Notes: generated by a model not told the origin, from the sequence alone. 55,832 nt of DNA from Rickettsiales bacterium (GCA_031263095.1 JAISGI010000019.1:1-55832), one strand, 5' to 3'; shown: positions 16,968-26,586, numbered from the stretch's first letter. Program-made: numbers and translations.

Positions 16968-18830
16968 TTACATGCGTTTCAGGGTTACCCAGCCGGGCAT
17001 TCCGCCGTTGCCGCTGCCCGAGCCGCCTTTGGCGCCCAGGCCGGAACCATACAGAACTTGGGCCACGGGGCCGGTCGCCTCGCCGGACTTCATCTCTTTA
17101 AGCGAGCCATCCGAGGGAACGCTTGAAACAGCCTCGACTATGCCCTGTGTGATGCCTTCGGTCGCCAAACCGGCGATAGCTCCTCCGGCTGCTCCAATTC
17201 CAGCAGTTATGGCAACGTTGGCGGCAACAATTGCACCGGTACCAGAAATAACACCCCAACCGCCGGCGCTTGCAAGACCTAATACCCCAATACCGGCAGG
17301 AGCGAATAGAACGGTTGCGGCGACGCCCGCGACTGCAACCAAAGGAGTGATTATGTCGGTCCAGCTGAATCCATTTCCGCCGCCACCTCCGCCGCCATAG
17401 GCGCCGAATCCGCCGAAGCCCTCGATCTCGGTTCCGTCGGCAAGCGTAAGCCCGAACGCCGAATATCCGCCGCCCGCGCCGCTTCCGCCTTTGCCGAAGC
17501 ATCCGGCGTTGCTGCCTCCGCCGCCCGCTGCGCCAAGCGTGCGGGTGTATTTATATTTGAGCGGGTTCTTCAGGTCTTTCTTGCCGTCCTCGCCGATTCT
17601 ATAGGTCGGCAGGCTGAACCACACGCGGGAAATGTCCGCGCGTCCGCCCGAGGCGCCGTCGCGCTTGGTCCATGCGCATTTATAGCGCCCGCCTCCGCCT
17701 CCTCCTCCGCCTGATACTTCAAGATAATAGAGTCCGCCAACAATCTCGCCCGTGCTGCCAAGCTCGATTGGCCCGGTCGGCATCGAGCTTTCGACTTTCG
17801 CGATAAGCGCTTCGATTTCCTTGTTGCGCTTGTCGGCAAGCTCGTCCGCCGCGGCGTCCTCCTTGCGATAGTCGAAGTCCTTGACCTGGTTCTCGCGCCC
17901 GATTTCTATGGTTTCCATCTGGGTTTTAAGGTCGCGGTACTTCGCCGACTGTTTCAAGGGGTCTTTCTCCTCGGAATCTTTGGCGTATGTCGGAATGGCT
18001 ACAAGCTGCCTGTCGAGCTTCGCAAGCTGGGTGCTGTAGTCGTCCAGAACCGCGGCAAGCGACTTCGCCCTCGCGCTCGGCGTCGCGGCCATATAGGCAT
18101 CGTATGCCGTGCGGAAGTCGGCGTACCCGTCCGCCTCTCCAGTGGGCGTAAGCTTTGCGGGCGGAGTGTATTTGACCCCGGTTTCATCCTCGAACAGCTC
18201 GTACATCCCGGCTATGCCCTCGATTTTAAGCGTTTCCGCGTCAAGCTCTTTCTGAACCTTGTCGACTTCCGCCTGATTCTTGCCGTCCTTGGCTGCCTGC
18301 ATCTGGGAGCGCAGTTCGCCTAGCCTTCCCCCTGTCCTCTCGCCGGTAAGCTCGTCTTCTTCTCCTGCAAGGTTGGTAAGATGGGTAGAGAGTTTGTCCC
18401 TCTCGGCCGCGGCCTTGTCTGCGTCTTTGGTAAGCGATTCGGCCTCAACGTACATCTCGATGTCCGCACGCGCCTTGGCAAGTGCAGCCTGAAGCTTGGC
18501 GGCTTTGTCTTCCGCCGTGGATGTCGACACCGCCGCGGTCGCTACACCCGGAGCTCCGGCCAAGGGTATGGCCTCCTCGGTTTGAGCAGCACCCCTGCCC
18601 GCCCCGCGCGAGGCGCCCCTTGTAGCGCTGCCGCCGCGCGTTCCTGCCGCCCGGGCCGAGCCAGCGCCCTTGCCCTTGACCGCAGCGCGCGCAGATTTGG
18701 CGCCACCCTTTGCCGAGCTTGCCGCCCGCGCCGGTTGTTTTTTGTTGTTGTTCTTTTTGGGCGGAGGCGCCGAAACGACCGAAGTCGCCGCGACGATAAG
18801 CCCTAAAAGCAATGCAAGTTGTTTTTTCAT
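16968..18830 (-). CDS. secreted protein: basic N-terminus, coiled coil, Gly-rich domain with hydrophobic glycine-zipper insert
   Basis: Signal peptide; KKQPARAASSAKG; YYLEVSGGGGGGGG...GWVTLK Gly-rich domain; ~65-aa hydrophobic segment. Confidence 0.8.
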   Translation of the reverse strand: MKKQLALLLGLIVAATSVVSAPPPKKNNNKKQPARAASSAKGGAKSARAAVKGKGAGSARAAGTRGGSATRGASRGAGRGAAQTEEAIPLAGAPGVATAAVSTSTAEDKAAKLQAALAKARADIEMYVEAESLTKDADKAAAERDKLSTHLTNLAGEEDELTGERTGGRLGELRSQMQAAKDGKNQAEVDKVQKELDAETLKIEGIAGMYELFEDETGVKYTPPAKLTPTGEADGYADFRTAYDAYMAATPSARAKSLAAVLDDYSTQLAKLDRQLVAIPTYAKDSEEKDPLKQSAKYRDLKTQMETIEIGRENQVKDFDYRKEDAAADELADKRNKEIEALIAKVESSMPTGPIELGSTGEIVGGLYYLEVSGGGGGGGGRYKCAWTKRDGASGGRADISRVWFSLPTYRIGEDGKKDLKNPLKYKYTRTLGAAGGGGSNAGCFGKGGSGAGGGYSAFGLTLADGTEIEGFGGFGAYGGGGGGGNGFSWTDIITPLVAVAGVAATVLFAPAGIGVLGLASAGGWGVISGTGAIVAANVAITAGIGAAGGAIAGLATEGITQGIVEAVSSVPSDGSLKEMKSGEATGPVAQVLYGSGLGAKGGSGSGNGGMPGWVTLKRM

Positions 18831-18873
18831 TTTTTCTCCTTCCTTCCATCCGCCGATTCGGAAAACCTCTCAA

Positions 18874-18894
18874 TAAACGGACGAATATTTGAAA
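18874..18894 (-). other. putative invertase recombination site A (inverted relative to B and C)
   Basis: Reverse complement TTTCAAATATTCGTCCGTTTA matches site B TTTCAATTAAACGTCCGTTTA at 18/21 positions. Confidence 0.65.
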
Positions 18895-19014
18895 CGGTTC
18901 CTAGGAATAAAAATGTTGCGGGAAATTCCGCCCGGAATAAGGAAATTTTTTGCCCACAAGTAGTTGAATTTACTTGCTTACCCCCCCCCTATATTGCTTT
19001 TGGCAGTATTTTTC

Positions 19015-19082
19015 CTATTGAATTGTTTTCAGATTGTGATATATTTTCAATTAAACGTCCGTTTAATTTTATGCTATCATTA
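19015..19082 (+). repeat. direct repeat copy 1 (promoter-like sequence plus recombination site B at 19045-19065)
   Basis: Near-identical to 20434-20499; contains TTGAAT-N16-TATATT with extended TG and the AAACGTCCGTTT core. Confidence 0.85.
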
Positions 19083-19120
19083 TAGTTGCAGACCAAGGGA
19101 ACATCTGGTAGGAGAATAGA

Positions 19121-19726
19121 ATGATAGTGGCCTATGAGCGCATATCCAAGAATACCGAGCACCTCGAAAACCAGAGGCACCTCATAATGCGCTATACCGC
19201 CGAGAACAGCATAATTATAGACAAGTGGGTATCCGAGGTCAAATGCGGCGCCGCCCCGCTCGAGGGCAGACGCCTGAACCAGGTCCTGCGGCGCATAAAG
19301 CGGGACGACATAAAGCTTATCGTCGTGGCCGAACTCTCCCGCCTCGGCCGCTCGCTATACCAGGTCATGGGCATAATCGACAAGGTGCTCTCCTCCGGCT
19401 GTGCCCTGTGGATAGCCAAGGAAGACCACAAGCTCGACACCGGCACAATCTCCCAGATGCAGTGCTTTGCATGGAGCCTGTCCGCACAGATAGAGCGCGA
19501 GCTTATCTCCTCGCGCACCAAGGCCGCCCTCGCAAGATTGAAGGCCGAGGGCAAAAAGCTTGGCCGGCCCGTTGGCTCGCGCACGGCGTTCCGGCGCCTC
19601 GACGGCAAGCGCGAGCATATCCTCTCCCTGCTCTCCGGCGGCATGGCGAAATCCACACTCGCCAAACGGCTAAGGATAAGCGTCCCGACCCTCTATCGCT
19701 TTCTCTCTGAATATGAACATGCGTGA
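19121..19726 (+). CDS. serine recombinase, Mpi-like DNA invertase family
   Basis: AYERIS (catalytic Ser), ENQR, ELSRLGRSL, AQIERELISSRTKAALARLKAEGKKLGRP, C-terminal HTH. Confidence 0.9.
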   Translation: MIVAYERISKNTEHLENQRHLIMRYTAENSIIIDKWVSEVKCGAAPLEGRRLNQVLRRIKRDDIKLIVVAELSRLGRSLYQVMGIIDKVLSSGCALWIAKEDHKLDTGTISQMQCFAWSLSAQIERELISSRTKAALARLKAEGKKLGRPVGSRTAFRRLDGKREHILSLLSGGMAKSTLAKRLRISVPTLYRFLSEYEHA

Positions 19727-19760
19727 ATAAGAATCTTGCATTTTTATTTATAATTTTCTA

Positions 19761-19789
19761 TTGTAATTCTTACTCTCAAAAGCTATAAT
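19761..19789 (+). promoter_or_regulatory. sigma70 promoter of the structured RNA / small secreted gene
   Basis: TTGTAA-N17-TATAAT; predicted +1 near G19796, the first base of the RNA closing stem. Confidence 0.7.
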
Positions 19790-19795
19790 ATATTT

Positions 19796-19977
19796 GTACC
19801 TAAATAGGTACGGGGCTAATTTGTAAGGCCCTCTTGTTTGCAGTGCGATGTGCACTGAGATTCACATCCCCAATACTTGGGGAGGCTTCGGTGTATGTTC
19901 AAGGGATTTATCCCTAAAGACTGGAGCGAGTCTTTCAAACAAGAGATTCTTACAAACTCCCCGACTTTTTTAGGTGC
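19796..19977 (+). ncRNA. unassigned ~180-nt structured RNA / 5' leader
   Basis: Long interrupted closing stem (GTACCTAAA/TTTAGGTGC, CGGGG/CCCCG, TTTGTAAG/CTTACAAA, CTCTTGTTTG/CAAACAAGAG) enclosing four perfect hairpins. Confidence 0.6.
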
Positions 19978-20004
19978 CAACTTAAACTTAAAAAAGGAGT
20001 AATC

Positions 20005-20376
20005 ATGAAAAAAGTATTATCAACCTGTTTATTGGCCTTGACGCTTTCGTCAGGCGCAGGCGCGGCCGTGAACTGCCGCAATACAACCAGTACAAAAAAA
20101 TTGGAGGGCCAGCTGAACCAGTTTACCAAAATTTGCGGGGTGATTGTCGATCATGATTATGCTGGCAAATATGTGCCGGATACCGTAATCGGATGCATAT
20201 ACGATGTCCTGAAACCATGCCATGTCAAGGGCAGGAACATAAATATGGTTTACGATTGGATGATTGGAACCGGAGGCACTTCTTGGAGCGGTCCGGTCGA
20301 CAGCACATGCGTGGACAAATTGTATACGACTTCCAAAGTTGCGGATGCCATAGTGAATTGCGGCAAGAAAAAATAA
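20005..20376 (+). CDS. small secreted Cys-rich protein
   Basis: AAGGAG RBS, signal peptide (MKKVLSTCLLALTLSSGAGA), six Cys in the mature part, lower GC than flanks. Confidence 0.8.
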   Translation: MKKVLSTCLLALTLSSGAGAAVNCRNTTSTKKLEGQLNQFTKICGVIVDHDYAGKYVPDTVIGCIYDVLKPCHVKGRNINMVYDWMIGTGGTSWSGPVDSTCVDKLYTTSKVADAIVNCGKKK

Positions 20377-20393
20377 CGCGGCATGGATAAAGG

Positions 20394-20433
20394 AAAACGC
20401 TCTGTAGCCACATTTAGGTGGGCAGAGCGTTTT
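20394..20433 (+). terminator. intrinsic terminator
   Basis: AAAACGCTCTGT...GCAGAGCGTTTT hairpin directly abutting repeat copy 2. Confidence 0.7.
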
Positions 20434-20499
20434 CTATTGAATTGTTTTCATATTGTGATATATTTTCAAGAACGTCCATTTGATTTTATGCTGTCATTA
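20434..20499 (+). repeat. direct repeat copy 2 (promoter-like sequence plus degenerate site C at 20464-20481)
   Basis: Near-identical to 19015-19082; core GAACGTCCATTT. Confidence 0.85.
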
Positions 20500-20539
20500 C
20501 GGGAAGGCGCAGGGACAAGCTTGAAAGGAAATTTTCAAA

Positions 20540-21508
20540 ATGCAGTCTTACTCGATAACCGACGTCCTCGGCTTCTCCCTGATAGTGGCGCTCTGCCTCG
20601 CCATCGACCTGTTCGCGCACAAGAGGGACAAGGAGCCATCCGCGAAATCCGCCGCCGCCTGGACCCTGTTCTGGATAGCGGTGTCGCTCGCGTTCGCTAT
20701 GTATATAAGGCACACCCGCGGCGCGCCTGACGCCTACGCATTCCTTGCCGGATACGTGCTTGAAAAGACCCTCTCAATAGATAATATATTCGTCATCATG
20801 GCCATATTCGCAAGCTTCGATATACCGGCAAAGCTCCAACATAGAGTCTTGTACTACGGAATATTGGGCGCGCTGGTACTAAGGCTTGTGTTCGTCGCAG
20901 CAGGAGGAGCGTTCGTAGAGGCCATGGGCGGCACCGCGCTCGCCGTCTTCGGCCTGTTCATACTCTGGTCGGCGGTAAAGATGATGGAGGCCGCCGGAAT
21001 CTGGTTCCTCGCCTGGTCGGTGTTCAAGAAAGAGCAAAAACCGCAGGAGCAGGACTTCAAGAACCACTGGTCGCAAAGGTTTTTCAAACGCCTGTTCCCC
21101 ATAACGCCGAAACTTGAAGGACATAGGTTCTTCATAGGCAAGGCCGCGACACCACTGTTTTTGTGCCTGCTTACGATAGAGTTCGCGGACATTATGTTCG
21201 CCTTCGACAGCATTCCGGCCGTCATAGCCGTAACCGAAAAGCCGTTCCTGATATACACAAGCAACGTCTTCGCGATATTGGGCATGAGGTCGCTGTACTT
21301 CTGCCTTGCCGCGGCCAAACGCTCGCTTGTCCATTTGGAAAAGGCGGTCGTGGCGATACTGTTTTTCATAGGCTTGAAAATGCTTGCCGAAGTGTTCTTC
21401 AAGGCTCACGTTTCGCCGGGCGCCTCGCTTGCCGTGATATTTTCCATGGTCGCCGCGGGTGTCGCCGCCTCGCTCATCTGGCCGGGAAAGAAAAGCGAAA
21501 ATGCCTAG
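20540..21508 (+). CDS. TerC/Alx family metal (Mn) homeostasis membrane protein
   Basis: GYVLEKTLSIDNIFV, QHRVLYYGILGALVLR, DIMFAFDSIPAV, YTSNVFAILGMRSLYF. Confidence 0.92.
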   Translation: MQSYSITDVLGFSLIVALCLAIDLFAHKRDKEPSAKSAAAWTLFWIAVSLAFAMYIRHTRGAPDAYAFLAGYVLEKTLSIDNIFVIMAIFASFDIPAKLQHRVLYYGILGALVLRLVFVAAGGAFVEAMGGTALAVFGLFILWSAVKMMEAAGIWFLAWSVFKKEQKPQEQDFKNHWSQRFFKRLFPITPKLEGHRFFIGKAATPLFLCLLTIEFADIMFAFDSIPAVIAVTEKPFLIYTSNVFAILGMRSLYFCLAAAKRSLVHLEKAVVAILFFIGLKMLAEVFFKAHVSPGASLAVIFSMVAAGVAASLIWPGKKSENA

Positions 21509-22443
21509 CGCCCGCCACGCTCGGAAATTACGCGCGCCTGACGCTTGAGGGCAAGCACCGCCTCCGCGACCTTGACGGAATCGCTCTCGTCCTCCGGACG
21601 CGCGGCAAGCGCCTCTATAATCGCGTCCGGATTGTGGGTCAAGAGGAGTATCTGCTCCTCAAGCAGAAGCTTGTTCACGACGCTTTTCTCGTTCCCTTTT
21701 GAATAGCCTGGCATGCCTTGCAGCCTTTTGCCAATCTCGACCACGCTGCCGTCCGCGCGCCTGTTGTAAAGCTGCCCTCCGACTGCCCGCGGCTTGGAGA
21801 AAAGGTCGTCCTTATAGATGACCAAATCGCCGGCCGCAAGCGAAAGCGGGGAACGCCGCCCGATGGTCTTTCCGTCCTCAAGAACGATTGCCGCCGGCGC
21901 CACGGACTTGACATAACTCTCGCGGTCTGCTTCGTGCATGCTTACATTCGCGATAGGCAGGACGAAAGCCTCTATAATTCCGCCTACTATCGCTACTAAG
22001 ACGATGGTCTCTAGGTTGTGGTTGAAAAACTTCACTATCCCTTCGCCCGCCTCGCCAAGTTTGGCAAGCACGGGATTGAGCCTCTTTTTCTTGGGCAGGA
22101 ATTCGCCCAGCCTCTCGGCCATAGGGCGCGACTGCTCGGCAAGCGCGAACTGCGAAAGCTTTATGTCCGCGCCGTCCCTGTACCCCTGGAACTTGTTCCA
22201 ATGGTCGGCATGCGCGTCAAGCTTTTTCGATATGACGGAAAGTCGCCCTATGGCCTCCTTCACCGCCTCCCTGTTCTTGCCCCCCCCCGCAAGTAGTTGC
22301 GGCAGACGCGAGGCTATCTGCACCGCCTCGGACTTTTCGGAATCGGAGAGGACGGGCTTCCCGTCCGCATCACACACGCCGAGCACGTCGCCGAAGTCGT
22401 CTATCGTCCGCTCTATCGAGACTTTTTTAATTATCTTTTTCAT
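21505..22443 (-). CDS. hypothetical membrane-anchored protein (internal G9 tract)
   Basis: 312-aa ORF with one TM segment (TIVLVAIVGGIIEAFVLPIA); start overlaps the stop of the upstream gene. Confidence 0.7.
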   Translation of the reverse strand: MKKIIKKVSIERTIDDFGDVLGVCDADGKPVLSDSEKSEAVQIASRLPQLLAGGGKNREAVKEAIGRLSVISKKLDAHADHWNKFQGYRDGADIKLSQFALAEQSRPMAERLGEFLPKKKRLNPVLAKLGEAGEGIVKFFNHNLETIVLVAIVGGIIEAFVLPIANVSMHEADRESYVKSVAPAAIVLEDGKTIGRRSPLSLAAGDLVIYKDDLFSKPRAVGGQLYNRRADGSVVEIGKRLQGMPGYSKGNEKSVVNKLLLEEQILLLTHNPDAIIEALAARPEDESDSVKVAEAVLALKRQARVISERGGR

Positions 22444-23402
22444 CTTGTCTTCCTTGCGTTCAAGGCCGCCCTGCGTGCCTTTTCAACATCGCCGAATTTA
22501 TGCTCGTCCCAGATATTATCGACCACGTACCGCCCGCCGTTGCCGATGTGCAGTCCAAGCGTCTTGTTGACATAGCTTTTCCCGCGCCCGGTCATGAATT
22601 CGGCATAAGTTGTCGCGTCCTTGAACAGCTCGGCGACCTGGGCGAACCCGACCGTCGCCTCCTGTGTGAACATAAGTGTGCGCCCGGACTCTTCAAGCCG
22701 TCGCCTCTCCTCGTTGACGGAAATGCCGTCGGTCGTGGCCAAAAAGGCAATCCTCGCCGCAAGACGATTCGCACGCGCCAAGCGAAGCTCCTCGGGCGCA
22801 AGAACCCTCGCCTCGTCCTGTATGTCGAGGTAGAAAGGCATGTGCGACAGGTCTTGCGCAAGCTCCATGAACGACGGCGCGAACCGCTTCATTGTTATGG
22901 AAATAGGAGGGATTATATGCCCCTTGGCAATGTCCGCGACATCATAGCCCGGCCCGACCATCTCGATTGAGATCTCATCCTTGCTGACAAAGCATATGGT
23001 CGCCGCGCCCGAACGCTCCGTACGGAAATTGTCGAACGCGAACAGCGACGGCGCCCACCCCTCGGCGAACGCCCGCTCCGCAAGGCTCCGTATCTCCGCC
23101 ACTCCCTTGAGGTCAAGATGACCGGAACTGTACTTTTGAGGAGGCAGATAGGGGTGGTCGTATCGCATCGACGCGCCCACGGCACCATTAGCACGCGCCT
23201 TCTGCCCGAACGTGAAGATTTTAAGCGCCAAGCCAAGCTTGCCGTCCCGCGGATCCAGCAGCAACGCATCATTCGTCGGCAGCCCGGTCTGGTACAGCTC
23301 GACCGCGCCGTTCCACTTGAGGAAATTCGATTTTTTAAGCGACTCAAGCACGGCGGAATCCGCAGGATTGAATTCCGATAGCGCTTTGGAATGTATTTTC
23401 AT
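22440..23402 (-). CDS. hypothetical protein
   Basis: 320-aa ORF; ATG 7 nt after the G9-spacer promoter; no confident family. Confidence 0.7.
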   Translation of the reverse strand: MKIHSKALSEFNPADSAVLESLKKSNFLKWNGAVELYQTGLPTNDALLLDPRDGKLGLALKIFTFGQKARANGAVGASMRYDHPYLPPQKYSSGHLDLKGVAEIRSLAERAFAEGWAPSLFAFDNFRTERSGAATICFVSKDEISIEMVGPGYDVADIAKGHIIPPISITMKRFAPSFMELAQDLSHMPFYLDIQDEARVLAPEELRLARANRLAARIAFLATTDGISVNEERRRLEESGRTLMFTQEATVGFAQVAELFKDATTYAEFMTGRGKSYVNKTLGLHIGNGGRYVVDNIWDEHKFGDVEKARRAALNARKTR

Positions 23403-23409
23403 ACTGGAC

Positions 23410-23439
23410 AAAATACCCCCCCCCGTCGGTTTTTGTCAA
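23410..23439 (-). promoter_or_regulatory. promoter with G9 tract in the -35/-10 spacer
   Basis: TTGACA-N18(contains G9)-TATTTT-GTC-N4-ATG, same as 5478-5507. Confidence 0.6.
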
Positions 23440-23515
23440 GCGAAAAAAATGGTAAAAACCCCTTGCTTTTTCCGCCCCTCTTGGCTAGAATTCCCCTATT
23501 AAAAAGGAGAAAATC

Positions 23516-26260
23516 GTGAGCGACCTGTTCGATACCAAGCAGCCCGAAACGCCGCCCCAGGGCGTCAAGCTCGCCCCTATTGTGCACGAGATGAGGACAA
23601 GCTATCTCGACTACGCGATGAGCGTGATAATAAGCCGCGCCCTCCCCGACGTAAGGGACGGCCTTAAACCCGTCCACCGCAGGATAATATATGCGATGAA
23701 GGAGAACGGGTTCGAGTACGGCAAGCCGTTTAGGAAATCCGCCCGCGTCGTCGGCGATGTCATGGGTAAATACCACCCGCACGGCGACGCCGCCATATAC
23801 GACGCTATGGTCAGGATGAGCCAGGATTTCTCCATGGGCCTGACTCTAATCGACGGCCAAGGAAACTTCGGCTCGATGGACGGCGACTCCGCCGCGGCCA
23901 TGAGGTACACCGAGGCTCGCATGAGCAAATCCGCCGCCTACCTCGTCGAAGACCTTGACAAGGATACTGTCGAGTGGCGCCCGAACTACGACGAGAGCAC
24001 CAAGGAGCCCGAGGTCCTGCCCGCCCGCTTCCCCAACCTGCTTGTCAACGGAACCCAGGGCATAGCGGTCGGCATGGCCACCAATATCCCGACCCATAAT
24101 CTTGGCGAGGTAATCGACGCCACAATCGCGCTTGTTGAAAACCCGGATATTGGCATAGACGAGCTGATAAAGATTATGCCCGCGCCCGACTTTCCCACCG
24201 GCGGAATAATATTGGGCCTCTCCGGAAGCTACTCGGCATACACGACCGGCCGCGGCAGCGTGATAATCCGTGCGAAAACCCACTTCGAGGAAGTCCGCGC
24301 CAAAACCGCGATAATCGTCGACGAAATCCCCTACCAGGTCAATAAAAAGGTGATGATAGAGAAAATCGCCGAACTGGTCAAAGATAAAAAGATAGAGGGC
24401 ATATCCGACGTCCGCGATGAATCAAGCCGCGAGGGCGTCCGCGTCGTGGTCGAGCTTAAAAAGGACGCCATCCCCGACGTAATCCTGAACCAGCTCTTCA
24501 AGTTCAGCCAGCTTCAGTCGAGCTTCGGAATAAACATGCTCGCCATCGACCGCGGCCGCCCGGGTCTGATGACCCTGAAACAGGTTCTGGCAAGCTTCGT
24601 CGAGTTCCGCGAGGACGTGATAAGGCGCCGCACAAACTTCGAGCTTGGCAAAAGCCGCGCCAAGGCGCATATCCTCGTCGGCCTGTCGATTGCGGTTGCG
24701 AATTTGGACGAGGTGATAAGCCTGATAAGGAACTCCTCCGACCCCAACGACGCCAAGGACAAACTAATGGCGCGCGCCTGGCCCGCCGCCGACCTGCGCC
24801 CGCTTATCGAGCTTGTCGACGACCCCGACAGCCATATCGCCGACGATAATACCTGCGTGCTTACGGAGACCCAAGCCAAGGCTATCTTGGAGCTGAAACT
24901 TCACCGCTTGACAGGGCTCGAGCAGGACAAGCTCGCCGATGAGATAAAGCAGACCGGCAAGGATATAGAGGAACTGCTCTCAATTCTCCTCAATCGCTCG
25001 AAACTCATGGGCATATTGAAGAGCGAGCTGCTGGAAATAAAGGAGAAATTCGCCGTCGCAAGAAAAACCGAAATCGTGCCAAGCGAATTCGAAACCGACC
25101 TCGAGGATTTGATTGCGAAAGAGGACATGGCAATCACGCTTACCAACACCGGCTATATAAAACGCGTCGCCCTCTCCGTCTATCGCGCCCAGAACCGCGG
25201 CGGCAAGGGACGCAAAGGCATGGAAACGCGCGAGGAGGATTACGTAACCAAGGTCTTCGTCGCCAACACCCACACGCCGCTGATTTTCTTCTCCAACCGC
25301 GGCATAGCCTACCAGCTCAAGGTCTATAGACTGCCGCTCGGCACACCGACAAGCCTTGGCCGCGCGCTGATAAACATGCTCCCGCTTCAGCAGGGCGAGA
25401 CGATTTCCACCATCATGCCTCTGCCCGAAGACGAGGGCGAATGGGACAACCTAAGCGTCATGTTCGCCACCAAAAAGGGTACGGTAAGACGCAACAAATT
25501 GTCCGACTTCATAGGCATACACAAGAACGGCAAAATCGCCATGAAGTTCGAGGACGAGGGCGATAGCTTGGTAAGCGTCATGTCCTGCGACGACAGCGAG
25601 GACGTGTTCCTAGCCTTGAAAAACGGTCGCTGCATAAGGTTCCCCGTATCCGAAGTCCGCGTCTTCCAAAGCCGCGCCTCGACCGGTATCCGCGGGGTCA
25701 AGCTCGAGGACGGCGACGAGGTGATTTCCATGAGCATAATCGCCCACACAAACGCCGACGCCGACACACGCGCCTCGTACATAAAGCAGTCGCGCGCTCT
25801 CCGGCGCGAGGACGACCTGCCCGAGGCCGAAGAAAAATCGGACGAAGAGACGACAGCGACCCGCACGCTTTCAGACGAAGAGTTCGCGAAACTCGCCACC
25901 GCCGAACAGTTCATACTGACGATAACCGAGTCCGGCTTCGGCAAACGCACGTCCAGCTACGAATACCGCACCACCCACCGCGGCGGCTCCGGCATCGCTA
26001 ATATAAAGCTGGCAAGCAAAGGCAAAGTCGTGGTCTCAAGCTTCCCGGTCGAGCCCGGCGCCAATATCTTGATGGTCACCGACGGCGGCAAGATGATACG
26101 CCTAGGCATAGACTCGATTCGCATAGCCGGCCGCCAGACCCAGGGCGTAACCTTGTTCAAGACCGCGGACGACGAACGCGTCGTCGCCACAGCGATTGCC
26201 GAGGCCGACGATGAGGGCGAACCCGCGACCCAAGATAACGCCGCGCCGCAGGAGGTCTAA
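23516..26260 (+). CDS. gyrA: DNA gyrase subunit A
   Basis: [24 protein letters not shown] catalytic Tyr, GyrA-box QNRGGKG, C-terminal pinwheel repeats. Confidence 0.97.
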   Translation: MSDLFDTKQPETPPQGVKLAPIVHEMRTSYLDYAMSVIISRALPDVRDGLKPVHRRIIYAMKENGFEYGKPFRKSARVVGDVMGKYHPHGDAAIYDAMVRMSQDFSMGLTLIDGQGNFGSMDGDSAAAMRYTEARMSKSAAYLVEDLDKDTVEWRPNYDESTKEPEVLPARFPNLLVNGTQGIAVGMATNIPTHNLGEVIDATIALVENPDIGIDELIKIMPAPDFPTGGIILGLSGSYSAYTTGRGSVIIRAKTHFEEVRAKTAIIVDEIPYQVNKKVMIEKIAELVKDKKIEGISDVRDESSREGVRVVVELKKDAIPDVILNQLFKFSQLQSSFGINMLAIDRGRPGLMTLKQVLASFVEFREDVIRRRTNFELGKSRAKAHILVGLSIAVANLDEVISLIRNSSDPNDAKDKLMARAWPAADLRPLIELVDDPDSHIADDNTCVLTETQAKAILELKLHRLTGLEQDKLADEIKQTGKDIEELLSILLNRSKLMGILKSELLEIKEKFAVARKTEIVPSEFETDLEDLIAKEDMAITLTNTGYIKRVALSVYRAQNRGGKGRKGMETREEDYVTKVFVANTHTPLIFFSNRGIAYQLKVYRLPLGTPTSLGRALINMLPLQQGETISTIMPLPEDEGEWDNLSVMFATKKGTVRRNKLSDFIGIHKNGKIAMKFEDEGDSLVSVMSCDDSEDVFLALKNGRCIRFPVSEVRVFQSRASTGIRGVKLEDGDEVISMSIIAHTNADADTRASYIKQSRALRREDDLPEAEEKSDEETTATRTLSDEEFAKLATAEQFILTITESGFGKRTSSYEYRTTHRGGSGIANIKLASKGKVVVSSFPVEPGANILMVTDGGKMIRLGIDSIRIAGRQTQGVTLFKTADDERVVATAIAEADDEGEPATQDNAAPQEV

Positions 26261-26581
26261 GTGTTCGGGATTTCTTTCGACGAACTGCTGGTAATAGTCC
26301 TAATCGCCGCAGTGCTGATACGACCAAAGGACGTGCCCGCAATCGCGCGCTTTTTGGCCCGCATAGCCAAATGGACGAAACGCACGGCGGCCAAATTCTC
26401 GGCATACATAGAGGACGCCGCAGGCGAGCAGGACGAACCGCGCGAAACCTTCCACCAGCAAATCGAACGCATGCGCGGCGAAATGCGCCTCGACCCCCGG
26501 CTCGACCTGTACGGCGAGATAAAGGACAAAAAGACGCCGACCCTCAATATCGACGCCAAAAAGAAGAAAAATAAAAGATAA
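26261..26581 (+). CDS. tatB: Sec-independent translocase TatB-like subunit
   Basis: MFGISFDELLVIVLIAAVLIRPKDVP N-terminus followed by an amphipathic helix. Confidence 0.7.
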   Translation: MFGISFDELLVIVLIAAVLIRPKDVPAIARFLARIAKWTKRTAAKFSAYIEDAAGEQDEPRETFHQQIERMRGEMRLDPRLDLYGEIKDKKTPTLNIDAKKKKNKR

Positions 26582-26586
26582 GAAGC

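Noticed and set aside
19796-19977. Structured RNA as 6S RNA or retron msr-msd
   Set aside because: Right size for 6S but has a multi-hairpin junction rather than a rod with a central bubble; no reverse transcriptase nearby
20434-20539. yybP-ykoY Mn riboswitch expected before terC/alx
   Set aside because: No recognisable consensus; the space is occupied by repeat copy 2
18819-20730. ORFs 18819-19085 and 20383-20730 sharing RPF[ND]FMLSL
   Set aside because: The similarity is just translation of the non-coding direct repeat; no RBS, and they overlap regulatory DNA or terC
23770-23805. GyrA QRDR reading [10 protein letters not shown] (Ala at the Ser83 position)
   Set aside because: Natural state in many alphaproteobacteria, not evidence of acquired resistance
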